Positions 10,205 through 20,817 of a stretch of DNA of 55,795 nucleotides are shown one piece after another. How positions within the stretch are numbered: position 1 is the first letter of the stretch; every line of letters starts with the position of its first letter. Made by a program: the position numbers and the translations under genes. The notes beneath the pieces were generated by a model. That model did no database searches. It was not told the DNA's origin and was given only the letters and a program-made list of their open reading frames with translations. The stretch lies in assembly GCA_034717975.1 (NCBI GenBank), contig JAYEMF010000149.1, forward strand, positions 7,533-63,327, written 5' to 3'. The DNA comes from Campylobacterota bacterium (lineage in GTDB: Bacteria > Campylobacterota > Campylobacteria > Campylobacterales > Sulfurimonadaceae).

Positions 10205-11137
10205 ATGCATAGTAAATATCTGTTTATGGTCCTATTTATGTTTTTGCTGATACCGGCAGGATATGCATGGGAAAAGAGAGGATTGAAAAGTTTGTACAAT
10301 GAGCTGACACCGCAAGAGAAGTATGTGATTATTGACAAAGGTACAGAGCGACCGTTTACGGGTAAATATAATGAGTTCAATGAAGAGGGTGTGTATCTCT
10401 GTAAACAGTGTGGTACGCCGCTGTATCGCTCAAGAGACAAGTTCTCATCACATTGTGGATGGCCAAGTTTTGATGATGAGATACAGGGCGCAGTTAAACA
10501 TGTTCCAGACAAAGATGGACGACGGACAGAGATCGTCTGTGCAAATTGTGGCGGGCATTTGGGCCATGTTTTCATCGGGGAGGGATTTACAGAGAAAAAT
10601 ACTCGCCACTGTGTCAACTCCATTTCACTTGATTTTAAACCGGCCGCGCTGACCGGTAATAAAAAAGCCTATTTTGCAGGTGGATGTTTCTGGGGAGTCG
10701 AACACTATTTTGAGAAGAGAGAGGGTGTTATTGAGGCGCGTTCAGGTTATATGGGCGGAAAGCTGGAGAACCCTACCTATAAAGATGTCTCTTACAAAGA
10801 GACAGGGCATGTTGAAGTGGTTGAAGTCGAATATGATCCGAAAAAGGTGACTTTTGAAGAGCTGACCAAGCTCTTTTTTGAGATTCATGATCCGACACAG
10901 CGTGATGGGCAGGGACCTGACATTGGGTCACAATACCTCTCTGTCGTTTTTTACAACGATGAAGCTGAAAAAGAGACAACGGAAAATCTGATCGGCATAC
11001 TTAAAGATAAAGGGTATGGTGTAGCAACAAAAGTACGCAAAGTAGATACGTTTTGGTTAGCCGAAGAGTATCATCAAAATTACTATAGGAAAACGGGGAA
11101 GAGCCCCTATTGTCATAGCTACAAAAAGCGGTTTTAA
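10205..11137 (+). CDS. msrAB: Bifunctional methionine sulfoxide reductase (MsrB-MsrA) with signal peptide
   Basis: GTERPF, two CxxC, GWPSF, RHCVNS (MsrB); GGCFWG, AEEYHQ (MsrA); signal peptide ending AYA. Start moved to ATG 10205. Confidence 0.92.
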   Translation: MHSKYLFMVLFMFLLIPAGYAWEKRGLKSLYNELTPQEKYVIIDKGTERPFTGKYNEFNEEGVYLCKQCGTPLYRSRDKFSSHCGWPSFDDEIQGAVKHVPDKDGRRTEIVCANCGGHLGHVFIGEGFTEKNTRHCVNSISLDFKPAALTGNKKAYFAGGCFWGVEHYFEKREGVIEARSGYMGGKLENPTYKDVSYKETGHVEVVEVEYDPKKVTFEELTKLFFEIHDPTQRDGQGPDIGSQYLSVVFYNDEAEKETTENLIGILKDKGYGVATKVRKVDTFWLAEEYHQNYYRKTGKSPYCHSYKKRF

Positions 11138-11193
11138 ACCCATGCTAGGCTATAATGCGCCATTTAAATTTTTATGGGTAAGAAAGAGTGTAG

Positions 11194-12663
11194 ATGAAAT
11201 TTATAGAAACACGTGGAAATGACGGGAAGCATCCGGAAGAAGTGACTTTTTCTGAAGCGATTTTAAGTCCGATCGCCTCTTTTGGGGGACTTTATGTCCC
11301 TGAAACACTGCCCGAACTGGGTGAAGGGTTTCTAAAGGCTCATCTTGAGTCAGACTATAAGAGTTTGGCAAAAGCCGTGCTTGAAGCGTTTGAGATCGAC
11401 ATCGAAAGCAGCGTCATTGATGAAGCGCTCTCCATGTATGACAAGTTTGATGATCCATCCAACCCTTTGCCGGTTGTCAAAGTCAAAGATGACCTTTACA
11501 TCAGCGAACTCTATCATGGACCGACCCGAGCTTTTAAAGATATGGCACTGCAGCCTTTTGGTGTGATCCTCTCGTCCATTGCTCAAAAGCGTGGTGAAAA
11601 CTATCTTATCCTGGCAGCGACAAGCGGTGATACCGGTCCGGCAGCACTGGAGACGTTCAAAAACCGTGCCAATGTTCAGGTTGCCTGTATGTACCCTTCT
11701 GGCGGTACTTCGGATGTTCAGCGCCTTCAGATGGTGACTGAAGATGCCGAGAACCTCAAAGTGATCGGTATCAAAGGTAATTTTGATGATGCGCAGAGTG
11801 CACTGAAAAAGCTTTTGGCGTCCACTGCCTTTAAATCGAAGCTCAAAGAGAAACATATTTCACTTTCTGCAGCAAACTCTGTTAACTTCGGGCGTATTGT
11901 TTTTCAGATTATCTACCATATCCACAACTACCTTGAACTGGTTCGTCAAAATGCGATCACTATGGGTGAAAAAGTCTATCTTGATGTCCCAAGCGGTAAC
12001 TTTGGGAATGTCCTTGGCGGGTTCTATGCCTGGAAAATGGGACTGCCGGTAGAAAAACTGGTGATCGCTTCCAATGAGAACAATATCCTGACACGCCTGA
12101 TCAATACGGGGAAATACGATATGCGCGGTGATGAACTGATCTTGACTACTTCACCGGCGATGGATATTCTGAAATCATCCAATGTCGAGCGTGTTCTTTA
12201 TGACCTTTATGGGGCAGAGCGTACAAAAGTGTTGATGGAAAATCTTGATCGCGAGCACTATTATGAACTGACAGCTTCTGAGCTTGAGAAGCTACAGAGA
12301 TATTTCATCGCAGACTACTCCACCGGTGATGAGGGCAAGGCATATATCAAGGCAACATTTGATGATGGCTACCTGATGGATCCGCACACAGCGACCTGTT
12401 TCAAGACCTATGAGAGCTGCTGCACCGAACCGATCAAGACGATTGCCTACTCGACGGCAGAGTGGACCAAGTTCTCACCGACCATTGCCAATGCCTTGAC
12501 CGGTGAAAAAGATACCCACGATATCGATGCACTTCGATCGATCTCACATGAAGCTGATATCGAGATACCCACGATGATTAGTTCTCTTTTTGAAAAAGAG
12601 ATCGTACACACTGCGATTATTGAAAAAGATCAAATAGAAGCAGAGATTCTGAACTTCTTATAA
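11194..12663 (+). CDS. thrC: Threonine synthase
   Basis: ELYHGPTRAFKD, ATSGDTG, PSGNFGN, DPHTA. Confidence 0.95.
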   Translation: MKFIETRGNDGKHPEEVTFSEAILSPIASFGGLYVPETLPELGEGFLKAHLESDYKSLAKAVLEAFEIDIESSVIDEALSMYDKFDDPSNPLPVVKVKDDLYISELYHGPTRAFKDMALQPFGVILSSIAQKRGENYLILAATSGDTGPAALETFKNRANVQVACMYPSGGTSDVQRLQMVTEDAENLKVIGIKGNFDDAQSALKKLLASTAFKSKLKEKHISLSAANSVNFGRIVFQIIYHIHNYLELVRQNAITMGEKVYLDVPSGNFGNVLGGFYAWKMGLPVEKLVIASNENNILTRLINTGKYDMRGDELILTTSPAMDILKSSNVERVLYDLYGAERTKVLMENLDREHYYELTASELEKLQRYFIADYSTGDEGKAYIKATFDDGYLMDPHTATCFKTYESCCTEPIKTIAYSTAEWTKFSPTIANALTGEKDTHDIDALRSISHEADIEIPTMISSLFEKEIVHTAIIEKDQIEAEILNFL

Positions 12664-12723
12664 GTCAACTCACTGTTGAGTGCAGTTAGTCTATCTCACG
12701 TACTTTGGCGATGATATTTACAA

Positions 12724-12743
12724 TAGCCCTCATAAAAGGGCTA
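12724..12743. terminator. Hairpin between convergent thrC and ppk2 units
   Basis: tagccct-cataaa-agggcta, 7-bp stem. Confidence 0.5.
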
Positions 12744-12765
12744 GAAGAGAGTTGGCAAGTTGTGT

Positions 12766-12870
12766 TTATTTGGAACGATGTAAAGGGTGCTGGTAGTCTG
12801 GCTTTTCACATCCGCTAAACAGTGCAGCCAAGCCAAGAGCGATCAATAAAAGAGGTAGTGATTTTTTCAT
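12766..12870 (-). CDS. 34-aa putative lipoprotein (below ORF-track cutoff)
   Basis: MKKSLPLLLIALGLAALFSGCEKPDYQHPLHRSK*. Basic N-terminus, hydrophobic core, FSG-C lipobox. ATG overlaps the ppk2 stop (TAATG). Confidence 0.72.
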   Translation of the reverse strand: MKKSLPLLLIALGLAALFSGCEKPDYQHPLHRSK

Positions 12871-13832
12871 TACCCTGCCTCATTCTCATGTTTTTTCAAA
12901 GACATACTGCTCTCCATATTTTTGATCTCCTGATCACCGCCAATGAGAATGTCACCATCGATTTTAAGCTCTTTGGTTTTGATCTTGTTAGGGTACTCAA
13001 TATGGTTCAAGATATGTTTGATCGTATTGATACGGGCTTTTTTCTTGTTATCGGAGCGTATGATCGTCCATGGTGCATGGCCGGTATGGCAGGCAAGCAG
13101 CATTGAATATTTGGCAATGGTGTATTTGTCCCACATGCCCTGCGATTTTTCATCGACAGGTGAGAGTTTATACTGTTTCAATGGATCGGTTTTTCGTTTG
13201 TTAAAACGTTTTGCCTGCTCTTTTTTAGAGACGGAAAAGTAGAACTTCAATAAAATAGTATCGGAGTTGACAAGCATACGTTCAAATTCCGGAGTCTCGT
13301 GTAGAAACTCTTTATGCTCTTCCTGGCTGCAAAAGCCCATGACAGGCTCAACGCCGCCACGGTTGTACCAGCTTCTGTCAAACAGCACGATCTCACCGGC
13401 TGCAGGAAGGTGATGGGAGTAGCGCTGAAAATACCACTGTGTCTTTTCCGTATCGGAAGGTTTGTCGAGGGCAACGACTCTCGCACCCCGCGGATTGAGA
13501 TGTTCTGTTATACGCTTGATGGTACCACCCTTGCCCGCAGCGTCACGCCCTTCAAAGATCATCAGGACTTTCAACCCTTTGTCTTTGACGTGATTTTGCA
13601 TCTTTAAGAGCTCGATCTGAAGGGTTTTTAGCTCCTCTTCATACTCAAGGACTTCTTGTTTGATCCAGACAGGAAGACGCTTCTTCTTCCCTTTTTGATG
13701 ACGTTTCTCATCTTCTTTCTGCTCTTTTTTCTTTTTCCTGCGGTCTGCATGAACAATCTCTTTTGTATCTATACTGCTAGTGCCAATTTTATCATCCAGT
13801 TCGTCTGCGATCATCTCACGCTTACTACCCAT
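12870..13832 (-). CDS. ppk2: Polyphosphate kinase 2
   Basis: FEGRDAAGKGG Walker A, FDRSWYNR, KKKARIN. Confidence 0.95.
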   Translation of the reverse strand: MGSKREMIADELDDKIGTSSIDTKEIVHADRRKKKKEQKEDEKRHQKGKKKRLPVWIKQEVLEYEEELKTLQIELLKMQNHVKDKGLKVLMIFEGRDAAGKGGTIKRITEHLNPRGARVVALDKPSDTEKTQWYFQRYSHHLPAAGEIVLFDRSWYNRGGVEPVMGFCSQEEHKEFLHETPEFERMLVNSDTILLKFYFSVSKKEQAKRFNKRKTDPLKQYKLSPVDEKSQGMWDKYTIAKYSMLLACHTGHAPWTIIRSDNKKKARINTIKHILNHIEYPNKIKTKELKIDGDILIGGDQEIKNMESSMSLKKHENEAG

Positions 13833-13877
13833 AACTACTCCTTTTTAGCTCTTTAGACTATTATAGAGCGTCAATGT

Positions 13878-15818
13878 TTAAAGCCCTGTAAAAGAGCCTT
13901 TGATAAGCAGGTTAATCTCATCTGCGTTCTGCGTCGTGGCAAAACAGCTGTTGACACCGCAGATCATAAAGCCATCACTGGTTGGATCGGCATGAAGCAG
14001 GGTGTAGGGGTATGTTGTTCGGGCCAATTGTGCTTTGTGCTCCAGAAGTGTTTCCGCTGATGCTTTGATGATGCGCTCCTCTTTGATGAAACGCAGCGTC
14101 TGATTGAAAAAGTAAGGAAAATAGATCGGTGTTTTGCCCATTTTAAAGGAGTAGTATTCGATGGTTTTAAAGGCCAGATTGCGGTAGCTGACCTCACACA
14201 GAGCGCCGAGGCTTATAAGCAGGTCGACCATGACACCTACAGCCCCGGGATAAGAGCTGTCAGTTGTGTCGGCTTCCGTGACAAATTCACCCTGAGAGAA
14301 GTACCAGCGGCCATTATCGTAAAACTTCTCCAGTGCGCTGTTGGCCATCTGCTGGGCTTTGATGATATACGTTTCATCCATCGTACTTTGATAAGCAGCG
14401 ATCAGTGCCGTACCAAGATAGGCATAATCTTCAAGAAAAGCTTCGACTTTAGGTGTTCTGTTGATCAGTGTCGAGTGGTAGAGATTGCCATCGATGATCA
14501 TGCTTGAAAGTAGGGCATCCAATCTCTTTTCGGCAGCATCAAGATAGCGCTCATCAAAGCTGCTCAGGGTGTAGAGTGCCCGGATCATCATGGCATTCCA
14601 TGATACCTGTACTTTTTTATCGATGAAGGGATACTCATGTTTGTTACGTATTGCTTTTAAGACCTCCTGGACTCTGCCAAACCAATCAGGGCGTTCACTC
14701 GATGCAAGACGAACGATGGAACGGCCTTCAAAGTTTCCGGCTTTGGTGATATGCAGTGTTTCCAGAATCGTTGCAATCTCATCCTGAGCAATACCGGCGT
14801 CGGAGAGGGCTGCGGCTGTCTCATCTACACTGTAAACAAAATATTTCCCTTCCTCACCTTCAGTATCGGCATCACTCGCAGAGTAGAAGAGATCATTTTC
14901 GCTCATCTTCGCCAGCATGAAATCAGCGATCTCTTTTGCTGTGCGTATAAAACTCTCATTGTTCAGTTGGATTCCTGCTTTAGCGTAGAGTTCACATAGC
15001 AGGCCGTTGTCATAAGTCATCTTCTCAAAGTGGGGTACCAACCATTCACTGTCGACGGAGTAGCGGCAGAAGCCGCCTTCGACAAGATCATACATCCCGC
15101 CGATCTGCATCATCTCCAACGAGTGCCCGACCATCTTTTTGGCCTCATCATTGTTGTTGATCAGACCAATGTTCAGAAGAGTGGTGAGTGTTGAAGCGTG
15201 CGGAAATTTTGGCTGTTTGGTAAAGCCGCCGTAAGCCGGATCATAATTATTGGCAGCCTGCTTGACAAAAGTGTTGGCAACGCTCTCATTTAGTTTTGTT
15301 GCCTGTGTAGGGCGGGCTGATGGCTTAAGATAGCCCTGGATCTCTTCGGCGGTATCAAAGAGTTTTTTATCATTTTCGCCTACTTTGGTGGCAACAATTT
15401 TGATCAGTTCATCAAATCCCATCAGGTGATCTTTTTGATAGGGCGGCATATAGGTCGCGGCAAAGAATGCTTTGTTCTTGGGTGTTGCAATAATACTTGT
15501 CGGCCATCCTCCAGGACGATTATTGAGCAGCTGATGGACCTCCTGATAGTGCTTGTCGATGTCGGGACGCTCTTCACGGTCGACTTTGATGCTGATAAGA
15601 TGTTCATTGAGGTAGGCGGCGATCTCTTCGTTTTCAAACACCTCATGCTCCATGACATGACACCAGTGGCAGCTGCTGTAGCCGATGGAGATGAAGATCG
15701 CCTTGTTCTCCTGTTTTGCCCGCTCAAACGCTTCGTCACACCACGGATACCACTCTACCGGATTGTTTTTATGTTGCTGTAAATAGGGTGAGTCTTCAAA
15801 TGCTAATCGATTTGCCAT
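13878..15818 (-). CDS. Thioredoxin-domain protein, YyaL/SSP411 family
   Basis: [30 protein letters not shown]. Start at ATG 15818. Confidence 0.88.
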   Translation of the reverse strand: MANRLAFEDSPYLQQHKNNPVEWYPWCDEAFERAKQENKAIFISIGYSSCHWCHVMEHEVFENEEIAAYLNEHLISIKVDREERPDIDKHYQEVHQLLNNRPGGWPTSIIATPKNKAFFAATYMPPYQKDHLMGFDELIKIVATKVGENDKKLFDTAEEIQGYLKPSARPTQATKLNESVANTFVKQAANNYDPAYGGFTKQPKFPHASTLTTLLNIGLINNNDEAKKMVGHSLEMMQIGGMYDLVEGGFCRYSVDSEWLVPHFEKMTYDNGLLCELYAKAGIQLNNESFIRTAKEIADFMLAKMSENDLFYSASDADTEGEEGKYFVYSVDETAAALSDAGIAQDEIATILETLHITKAGNFEGRSIVRLASSERPDWFGRVQEVLKAIRNKHEYPFIDKKVQVSWNAMMIRALYTLSSFDERYLDAAEKRLDALLSSMIIDGNLYHSTLINRTPKVEAFLEDYAYLGTALIAAYQSTMDETYIIKAQQMANSALEKFYDNGRWYFSQGEFVTEADTTDSSYPGAVGVMVDLLISLGALCEVSYRNLAFKTIEYYSFKMGKTPIYFPYFFNQTLRFIKEERIIKASAETLLEHKAQLARTTYPYTLLHADPTSDGFMICGVNSCFATTQNADEINLLIKGSFTGL

Positions 15819-16064
15819 AATGTATGTCGCTTTGTAATGATTTATGAATGGCATACATTAGGGAAAAAAAGATAACAGAAATGTTAAAACGATCAGTTAG
15901 TATGAGAATGTGCATCAAATGGTCGGAAGAAACAGCTTCAAACCGGTGATCTTCCGCAGCACTCTTTCAATTCGCCCATTCAAGTTTGAAATGCTATACG
16001 TTTGGGACAGACCGTTCTATTAGATGATTTGCTGTAATAGAACTTTACATTTACCTTTGAGTAA

Positions 16065-18197
16065 TTACCCTTCTTTAGGATCTTTATCTATCAAAGGTAT
16101 CTCGATTGTAAACTTTGCGCCTTTATATTTTGCACCCTCATACTCATATTCAACATTCTGAACATATAGTTTCCCATGAAGGTGCTTTGTTATAATAGAC
16201 TGAGTCATATACAGACCTATGCCGGTACCTTGACTTTTGGCTTTTGTAGTAAAGTAAGGTTCAAATACTTTATCTATAACATCTTTTGGCACACCGCCAC
16301 CGCTGTCTATTATCTCCATAAATACAGTTTTATTCTTTTCATATACTTTTATAAAGATCAATCTTCTTCTGTTATCAACTGTAAGCAATATATCTTTTGC
16401 ATTTTTTATAATATTCAATATCGCTTGTGTCAGCTCATTCTCCAAAGCTGTAATTTGAATAACTTCTATATCTTCTATCACTTCAATCTCATGGGTCTTA
16501 AATGAAGCTGCAACAAGTTCCATTGTCTTATCGATACTATGCTTTGTAGTGAATTCACTTTTCTCTTTATTTGGAGTAAAAAAGTTTCTAAAGTCATCTA
16601 TGGTTTTAGAAAGAAATCTCGTCTGTTTTAAAATATTTAATGATGACTCTTTCAGTGACTCATTATCAACCATATTGAGCTCAATATCTGCCAAGGTATT
16701 ATTCACTCCCATAGAAATGACAGTGAGAGGTTGTCGCCATTGATGGGCAATATTTCCTATCATCTCCCCCATTGCCGCCATTTTGCTCTGCTGGTAAAGT
16801 ATCTGATCTTTATTTTTTATTTCGCTTAGATCAACAACTGTAAAAATCGTTCTCTCTTTTTTATCCAGGACTATATGTATAGTTCTGACAAGCGCAGAGA
16901 AATGGTCACCGCTTCTCTTCAGTAGTGTCACCTCGTAAGGGTGTTCAATTTTTGCATCTATTTTATCTTTTACAGATTTTTTTGAATTAACCTGTACGAA
17001 ATCTAAAATATTTTTGCCTAATATCGCCTGTTTATCATCATATTCGAAAAGTTTGACGGCTTCCTCATTTGTATCTATGCAGGTACCTTTTTCAAAAACA
17101 AAAATACCCTCCATCGTCGCATCTAAAATTGTAGTGATACTTTTGTTGAGCTCTATCAATCTCTCTTTTTGCCTGTAAGATTCAATAGCAAATCCTATAT
17201 CGCCTGCAAGTTCTTGCAGCATCTGCATCTCTTCATTGGCAAATTCATAAACTGCATGATTTGTACTAAATACCATCAGGGCTCCAAAAGAGTCAGATTT
17301 GATATCTTTTTTAAGGGGGAGCAGGTGGATATTGTTGATCTCTAGATTTTTCGTAATTTCTGTAAAGGCTTTATTGTCTAAGTTGTGGAAATTGTCAATT
17401 TGAATATACTCACTGTTTTCTATGCTCTCTTGAACTTTCTTATTTTTTAAAAAACCCTCTTTTAGACTCTCTTGAATTTTGGTGATTTGATTTAGTTTGG
17501 AACGCTCTTTTGTAAAAAAGTACAACTCATTATGATCTTTAAGCAAGATCATAACAAGATGGTATTTTCGATAGTCTGTAAGCCTTTGACAGCTTCTGTT
17601 CAAAAGCAGTTCGGTAGATTCAGATGTGATCAACAGGTCGTTTACACTTGCAATGATCTTTAAAAGCGACCTTAACTGCTGCTCCTGATCTAAAAGTTTT
17701 TCAATATGTTCCTGTCTGCTTTTTAGAAGTTTTTCATTCTCCTGCTTCTCTAGAAAAGTACCTGTAATCTTGGAGATGGCAAGTAATATATTCAATCCCT
17801 CCTGTGGCATCTCTTCAATGCCCTCATAGGCGACTACCAATATTGTGTGAAGCTTGTTAAATAGAGATACAGGTAGGAAAATAAATGTTTTTTCACCGTT
17901 GAACGCTATTTTTTCAACTTTCAAAAACTCGAAATCGTAAATATCATCCAGACTTGGCTTGAGCGTTTCAAGCAGATCTTTACGATCACTTGACGCTTTA
18001 TCGGACTTGGAGATGCAGGTCAGTTCAAATTCACCATTTTTGGTTTTGTGTGAAAAAAATGAGATATCAATGTTGAAAAACTTTTTTAATACAACGCAAA
18101 CCTCACTATAGATATTTGAATCACTCTTTATGGTGGCAAAATATTGTGATGTTCTAATAAAATTATCTAAGTTAAATGTTTTTAGACAATTATCCAT
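16065..18197 (-). CDS. Soluble sensor histidine kinase (two GAF-like domains, PAS, HisKA, HATPase)
   Basis: H-box MIGNIAHQWRQPL, N-box NIIKNAKD, DSGGG, FEPYFTTK, GTGIGL. PAS ILDATMEGIFV...NEEA..LF. GAF signature LQELAGDIGFAIE. No clear TM helix. Confidence 0.9.
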   Translation of the reverse strand: MDNCLKTFNLDNFIRTSQYFATIKSDSNIYSEVCVVLKKFFNIDISFFSHKTKNGEFELTCISKSDKASSDRKDLLETLKPSLDDIYDFEFLKVEKIAFNGEKTFIFLPVSLFNKLHTILVVAYEGIEEMPQEGLNILLAISKITGTFLEKQENEKLLKSRQEHIEKLLDQEQQLRSLLKIIASVNDLLITSESTELLLNRSCQRLTDYRKYHLVMILLKDHNELYFFTKERSKLNQITKIQESLKEGFLKNKKVQESIENSEYIQIDNFHNLDNKAFTEITKNLEINNIHLLPLKKDIKSDSFGALMVFSTNHAVYEFANEEMQMLQELAGDIGFAIESYRQKERLIELNKSITTILDATMEGIFVFEKGTCIDTNEEAVKLFEYDDKQAILGKNILDFVQVNSKKSVKDKIDAKIEHPYEVTLLKRSGDHFSALVRTIHIVLDKKERTIFTVVDLSEIKNKDQILYQQSKMAAMGEMIGNIAHQWRQPLTVISMGVNNTLADIELNMVDNESLKESSLNILKQTRFLSKTIDDFRNFFTPNKEKSEFTTKHSIDKTMELVAASFKTHEIEVIEDIEVIQITALENELTQAILNIIKNAKDILLTVDNRRRLIFIKVYEKNKTVFMEIIDSGGGVPKDVIDKVFEPYFTTKAKSQGTGIGLYMTQSIITKHLHGKLYVQNVEYEYEGAKYKGAKFTIEIPLIDKDPKEG

Positions 18198-18198
18198 T

Positions 18199-19800
18199 TT
18201 AGAGTTCCTCTGCAGGCTTCAAAAACAGGTTTTTAAGATATAACAGATCAAAAGCATCCACTTTCGACATATTTACAATTTTTATTTTATTTTCAAGCTG
18301 AGCTATATACTCTTCTGCTTCACGATACCTGATTATATCGATACATCCGTTTAATGCACTGTTACCTATGATTTTAATATTATTGTTCTTGATATTTGGT
18401 ATAAGTCCTATTTTTTTACTGTTTTCAATATTTAAATACAGTCCAAAAGCACCCCCTATAAAAACCTTTTGCAGTGAATCGGTTTTGATACCGACCTCTT
18501 TACACAGGATGTCTATCCCTGTGATTATTGCAGCTTTAGCCCTTTGAATAAGATCTATATCATGCTTTGTAATGTAAAGATCAGGCTCTTTTATCGGAAG
18601 GTCCCATTTTTGTTCTTTTTGATTGAAACTGCCTGTTTGCGTTAAAATATTCTCATCAATTAAATTTGCGATAATATCTATTATCCCGGAACCGCATATA
18701 CCGCTGATCTTGTCATTATCGACTGCTTTAAATTCCCACTCTTCACTGTTTTTAATATTTGCACTATATATGGCACCGCTGACTGCGGGCATGCCGAACT
18801 TAAATCCGGTACCTTCAAAAGCAGGGCCTCCGGAAGCTGAAGTTACCAAAAGCTCTTTACCGGTCCAAAGCGCTATTTCGGAATTTGTCCCAAAATCGAC
18901 CAGTACCGATGGCCTGTTTTCTTGCATTAGTCCCGTAGTGATGATGCCTGCTAAAATATCTGATCCTACAAAAGTGGCTATTGGCTTTATCTTTAATATC
19001 CGGGCGTCTCTATTAATACCCCATCTTTTTATCCACTCTTTTTCATCAAACTCGACTACATCGATATACTTATCCCATTTTTTCGGATTTAAAAGTTCTT
19101 TTTGGTTCTTGTTGCTTAAAAGCGACAGCATGGTGGTGTTGCCAACGATGCCGACCTTTACAATATCGTTTAAGCGTATCACGTCCCTTGTAGTTATATC
19201 CATCAACCCATCAGCTATGATCTCTATGATCATATGCTGAAGCTCTTTTGCACTCTCCTTTGATTCATTTGCACTGATGAGCCTGCTTATTACATTGTCG
19301 CCATACTTTGTCTGCGGATTGTTTATTATCCTCTCAGCCAATACCTGACCAAATTTAAGGGAAAAAACCACAACAGATATATTTGTAGTGCCCAGATCTA
19401 TCGCCAGAGCCAGAGGCTCAGCAATAGATGGATACTCATTTTGATCAAAGGTTGACTCTTTATAGATAGAGCTGTTGGAGAAAAAAGTTTTGCTTCTCCA
19501 TTTTGATACAGGAGCCAGGTTTATAATTTTTATCTCCAGATCTTTCTCCGGGAAGAGCTGACATCCCAACCTTATATTACTGTTTAGCTCATCTTGCGAA
19601 AGGTGAAGTTTTTCAGCTTCTTCAACCTTATTTACTTCCCCTTTGATAACTTTGACCTTGCATAGGCCACAGGCTCCAAAACCCCTGCAGGCTGAGCGGA
19701 CCCGAAAAGAGGTCTGATCCAGGATCTCTTTTACCGATTCGCCTCTTTTAAATTCGACAGTTATGTGATCGTCGTTGGCAGATACAGACAGTTTAGCCAT
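18199..19800 (-). CDS. ATP-dependent reductive activase of corrinoid proteins (RACE/RACo; 2Fe-2S ferredoxin plus ASKHA domains)
   Basis: CRGFGACGLC...RLGCQ [2Fe-2S] motif; IDLGTT, VDFGTNSE, GPAFEG, GICGSG, GAFG, GNSAL. Start at ATG 19800 (TTG 19806 possible). Confidence 0.9.
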   Translation of the reverse strand: MAKLSVSANDDHITVEFKRGESVKEILDQTSFRVRSACRGFGACGLCKVKVIKGEVNKVEEAEKLHLSQDELNSNIRLGCQLFPEKDLEIKIINLAPVSKWRSKTFFSNSSIYKESTFDQNEYPSIAEPLALAIDLGTTNISVVVFSLKFGQVLAERIINNPQTKYGDNVISRLISANESKESAKELQHMIIEIIADGLMDITTRDVIRLNDIVKVGIVGNTTMLSLLSNKNQKELLNPKKWDKYIDVVEFDEKEWIKRWGINRDARILKIKPIATFVGSDILAGIITTGLMQENRPSVLVDFGTNSEIALWTGKELLVTSASGGPAFEGTGFKFGMPAVSGAIYSANIKNSEEWEFKAVDNDKISGICGSGIIDIIANLIDENILTQTGSFNQKEQKWDLPIKEPDLYITKHDIDLIQRAKAAIITGIDILCKEVGIKTDSLQKVFIGGAFGLYLNIENSKKIGLIPNIKNNNIKIIGNSALNGCIDIIRYREAEEYIAQLENKIKIVNMSKVDAFDLLYLKNLFLKPAEEL

Positions 19801-19802
19801 TC

Positions 19803-20813
19803 TCAAGGCTCTCTTACGGCATCTACCATAGCTTTTATATTTTCAGGTTTAGCCTCCGGCGGTATTTCACATCCGGAAGAGAGTATGAAACCGCCTCTCT
19901 CTTTAAATATATTTAAAAGCCTTTTTGATTCATCAAATATATTTTGGGGTGTTGAGTTGACAAAATCAAGAGGTTTAATATTGCCGTCTATACAGATGCC
20001 GGGCAATCCGTCTTTTACGATATCCGGTTCCATTTCCCAGTCGAAATTGACAAGATTGATGCCTGCTTCTTTATAGTATTTCAGTATGTCGGTTATCTTT
20101 CCTGCAGAGTGGATCCAGTTTGCGGCCGAGCCGTTTTTTCCAAGCTCTGCAAACAGCTCTTTATGTTTTGGCAGAACAAACTCTCTGTAAAACTGCGGCG
20201 GTATCAGCGTCCCCGAGGCTGATGGGTCAAATACAACGATCGTATGTGCCCCCTCTTTGAGCTGGGCGATAGAGAAGCTTATGGCGATTTTGGTTGCATA
20301 TTCCAAAAGTTTTTCAAAACGATCAGGAAAATCAATAGCCATATATAAAGCTTTTTCTATCCCTACAAGCTGTGTAGCAATAGTCATAGGACCTATTACC
20401 GTGCCTATAACTACCGTTTCGTCTCCCACCTCTCTCCTTAAAATATTTACGCACTTCAAGATCTCGGGCATTCTGCCATCTTTGTAGGGATCCGGTACTT
20501 TCAGATTGTCAAAATCAGTAGATTCGTTTAGTGCATACTCTATAACTGAAGGATAGATATCTTCTCTATAGCGTATAGTGGAGCCTGCCGCTTCAGTCTC
20601 CACACATGTGTCAAATATGGCGAATACAGCATCATAACCGTAATATTTCAGTGCATTTATTTGAGACTTTGCTGCTACGACGCCACTTTTTACATAATCA
20701 ATCAATCTGTAACCGCTCAATATGGCACTATGTCCGCCTATCTGGGCAATAACTGGAACCCTGTCGGTTTTTTTAAAATTGACGGTATCTACGACCCTCT
20801 CTATACTGTTCAT
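19803..20813 (-). CDS. MtaA/CmuA-family corrinoid methyltransferase (uroporphyrinogen decarboxylase fold)
   Basis: DRVPV, VETEAAG, DPYKDGRMP, GPMTIA, DGNI, FILSSGCEIPP...PENIKAM. Confidence 0.85.
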   Translation of the reverse strand: MNSIERVVDTVNFKKTDRVPVIAQIGGHSAILSGYRLIDYVKSGVVAAKSQINALKYYGYDAVFAIFDTCVETEAAGSTIRYREDIYPSVIEYALNESTDFDNLKVPDPYKDGRMPEILKCVNILRREVGDETVVIGTVIGPMTIATQLVGIEKALYMAIDFPDRFEKLLEYATKIAISFSIAQLKEGAHTIVVFDPSASGTLIPPQFYREFVLPKHKELFAELGKNGSAANWIHSAGKITDILKYYKEAGINLVNFDWEMEPDIVKDGLPGICIDGNIKPLDFVNSTPQNIFDESKRLLNIFKERGGFILSSGCEIPPEAKPENIKAMVDAVREP

Positions 20814-20817
20814 TTTC

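Noticed and set aside
10205..11137. Selenocysteine in MsrB/MsrA
   Set aside because: Catalytic positions are ordinary Cys and the ORF has no internal TGA.
15900..16045. Possible IS remnant (minus-strand frame with NGRIER) at the left edge of the island
   Set aside because: About 30 codons bounded by stops, with no TIR or TSD matching the right edge. Too weak.
19803..20813. Calling this gene hemE (uroporphyrinogen decarboxylase) because tetrapyrrole genes are nearby
   Set aside because: It lacks the HemE MRQAGR motif and has MtaA-type features and corrinoid-gene context.
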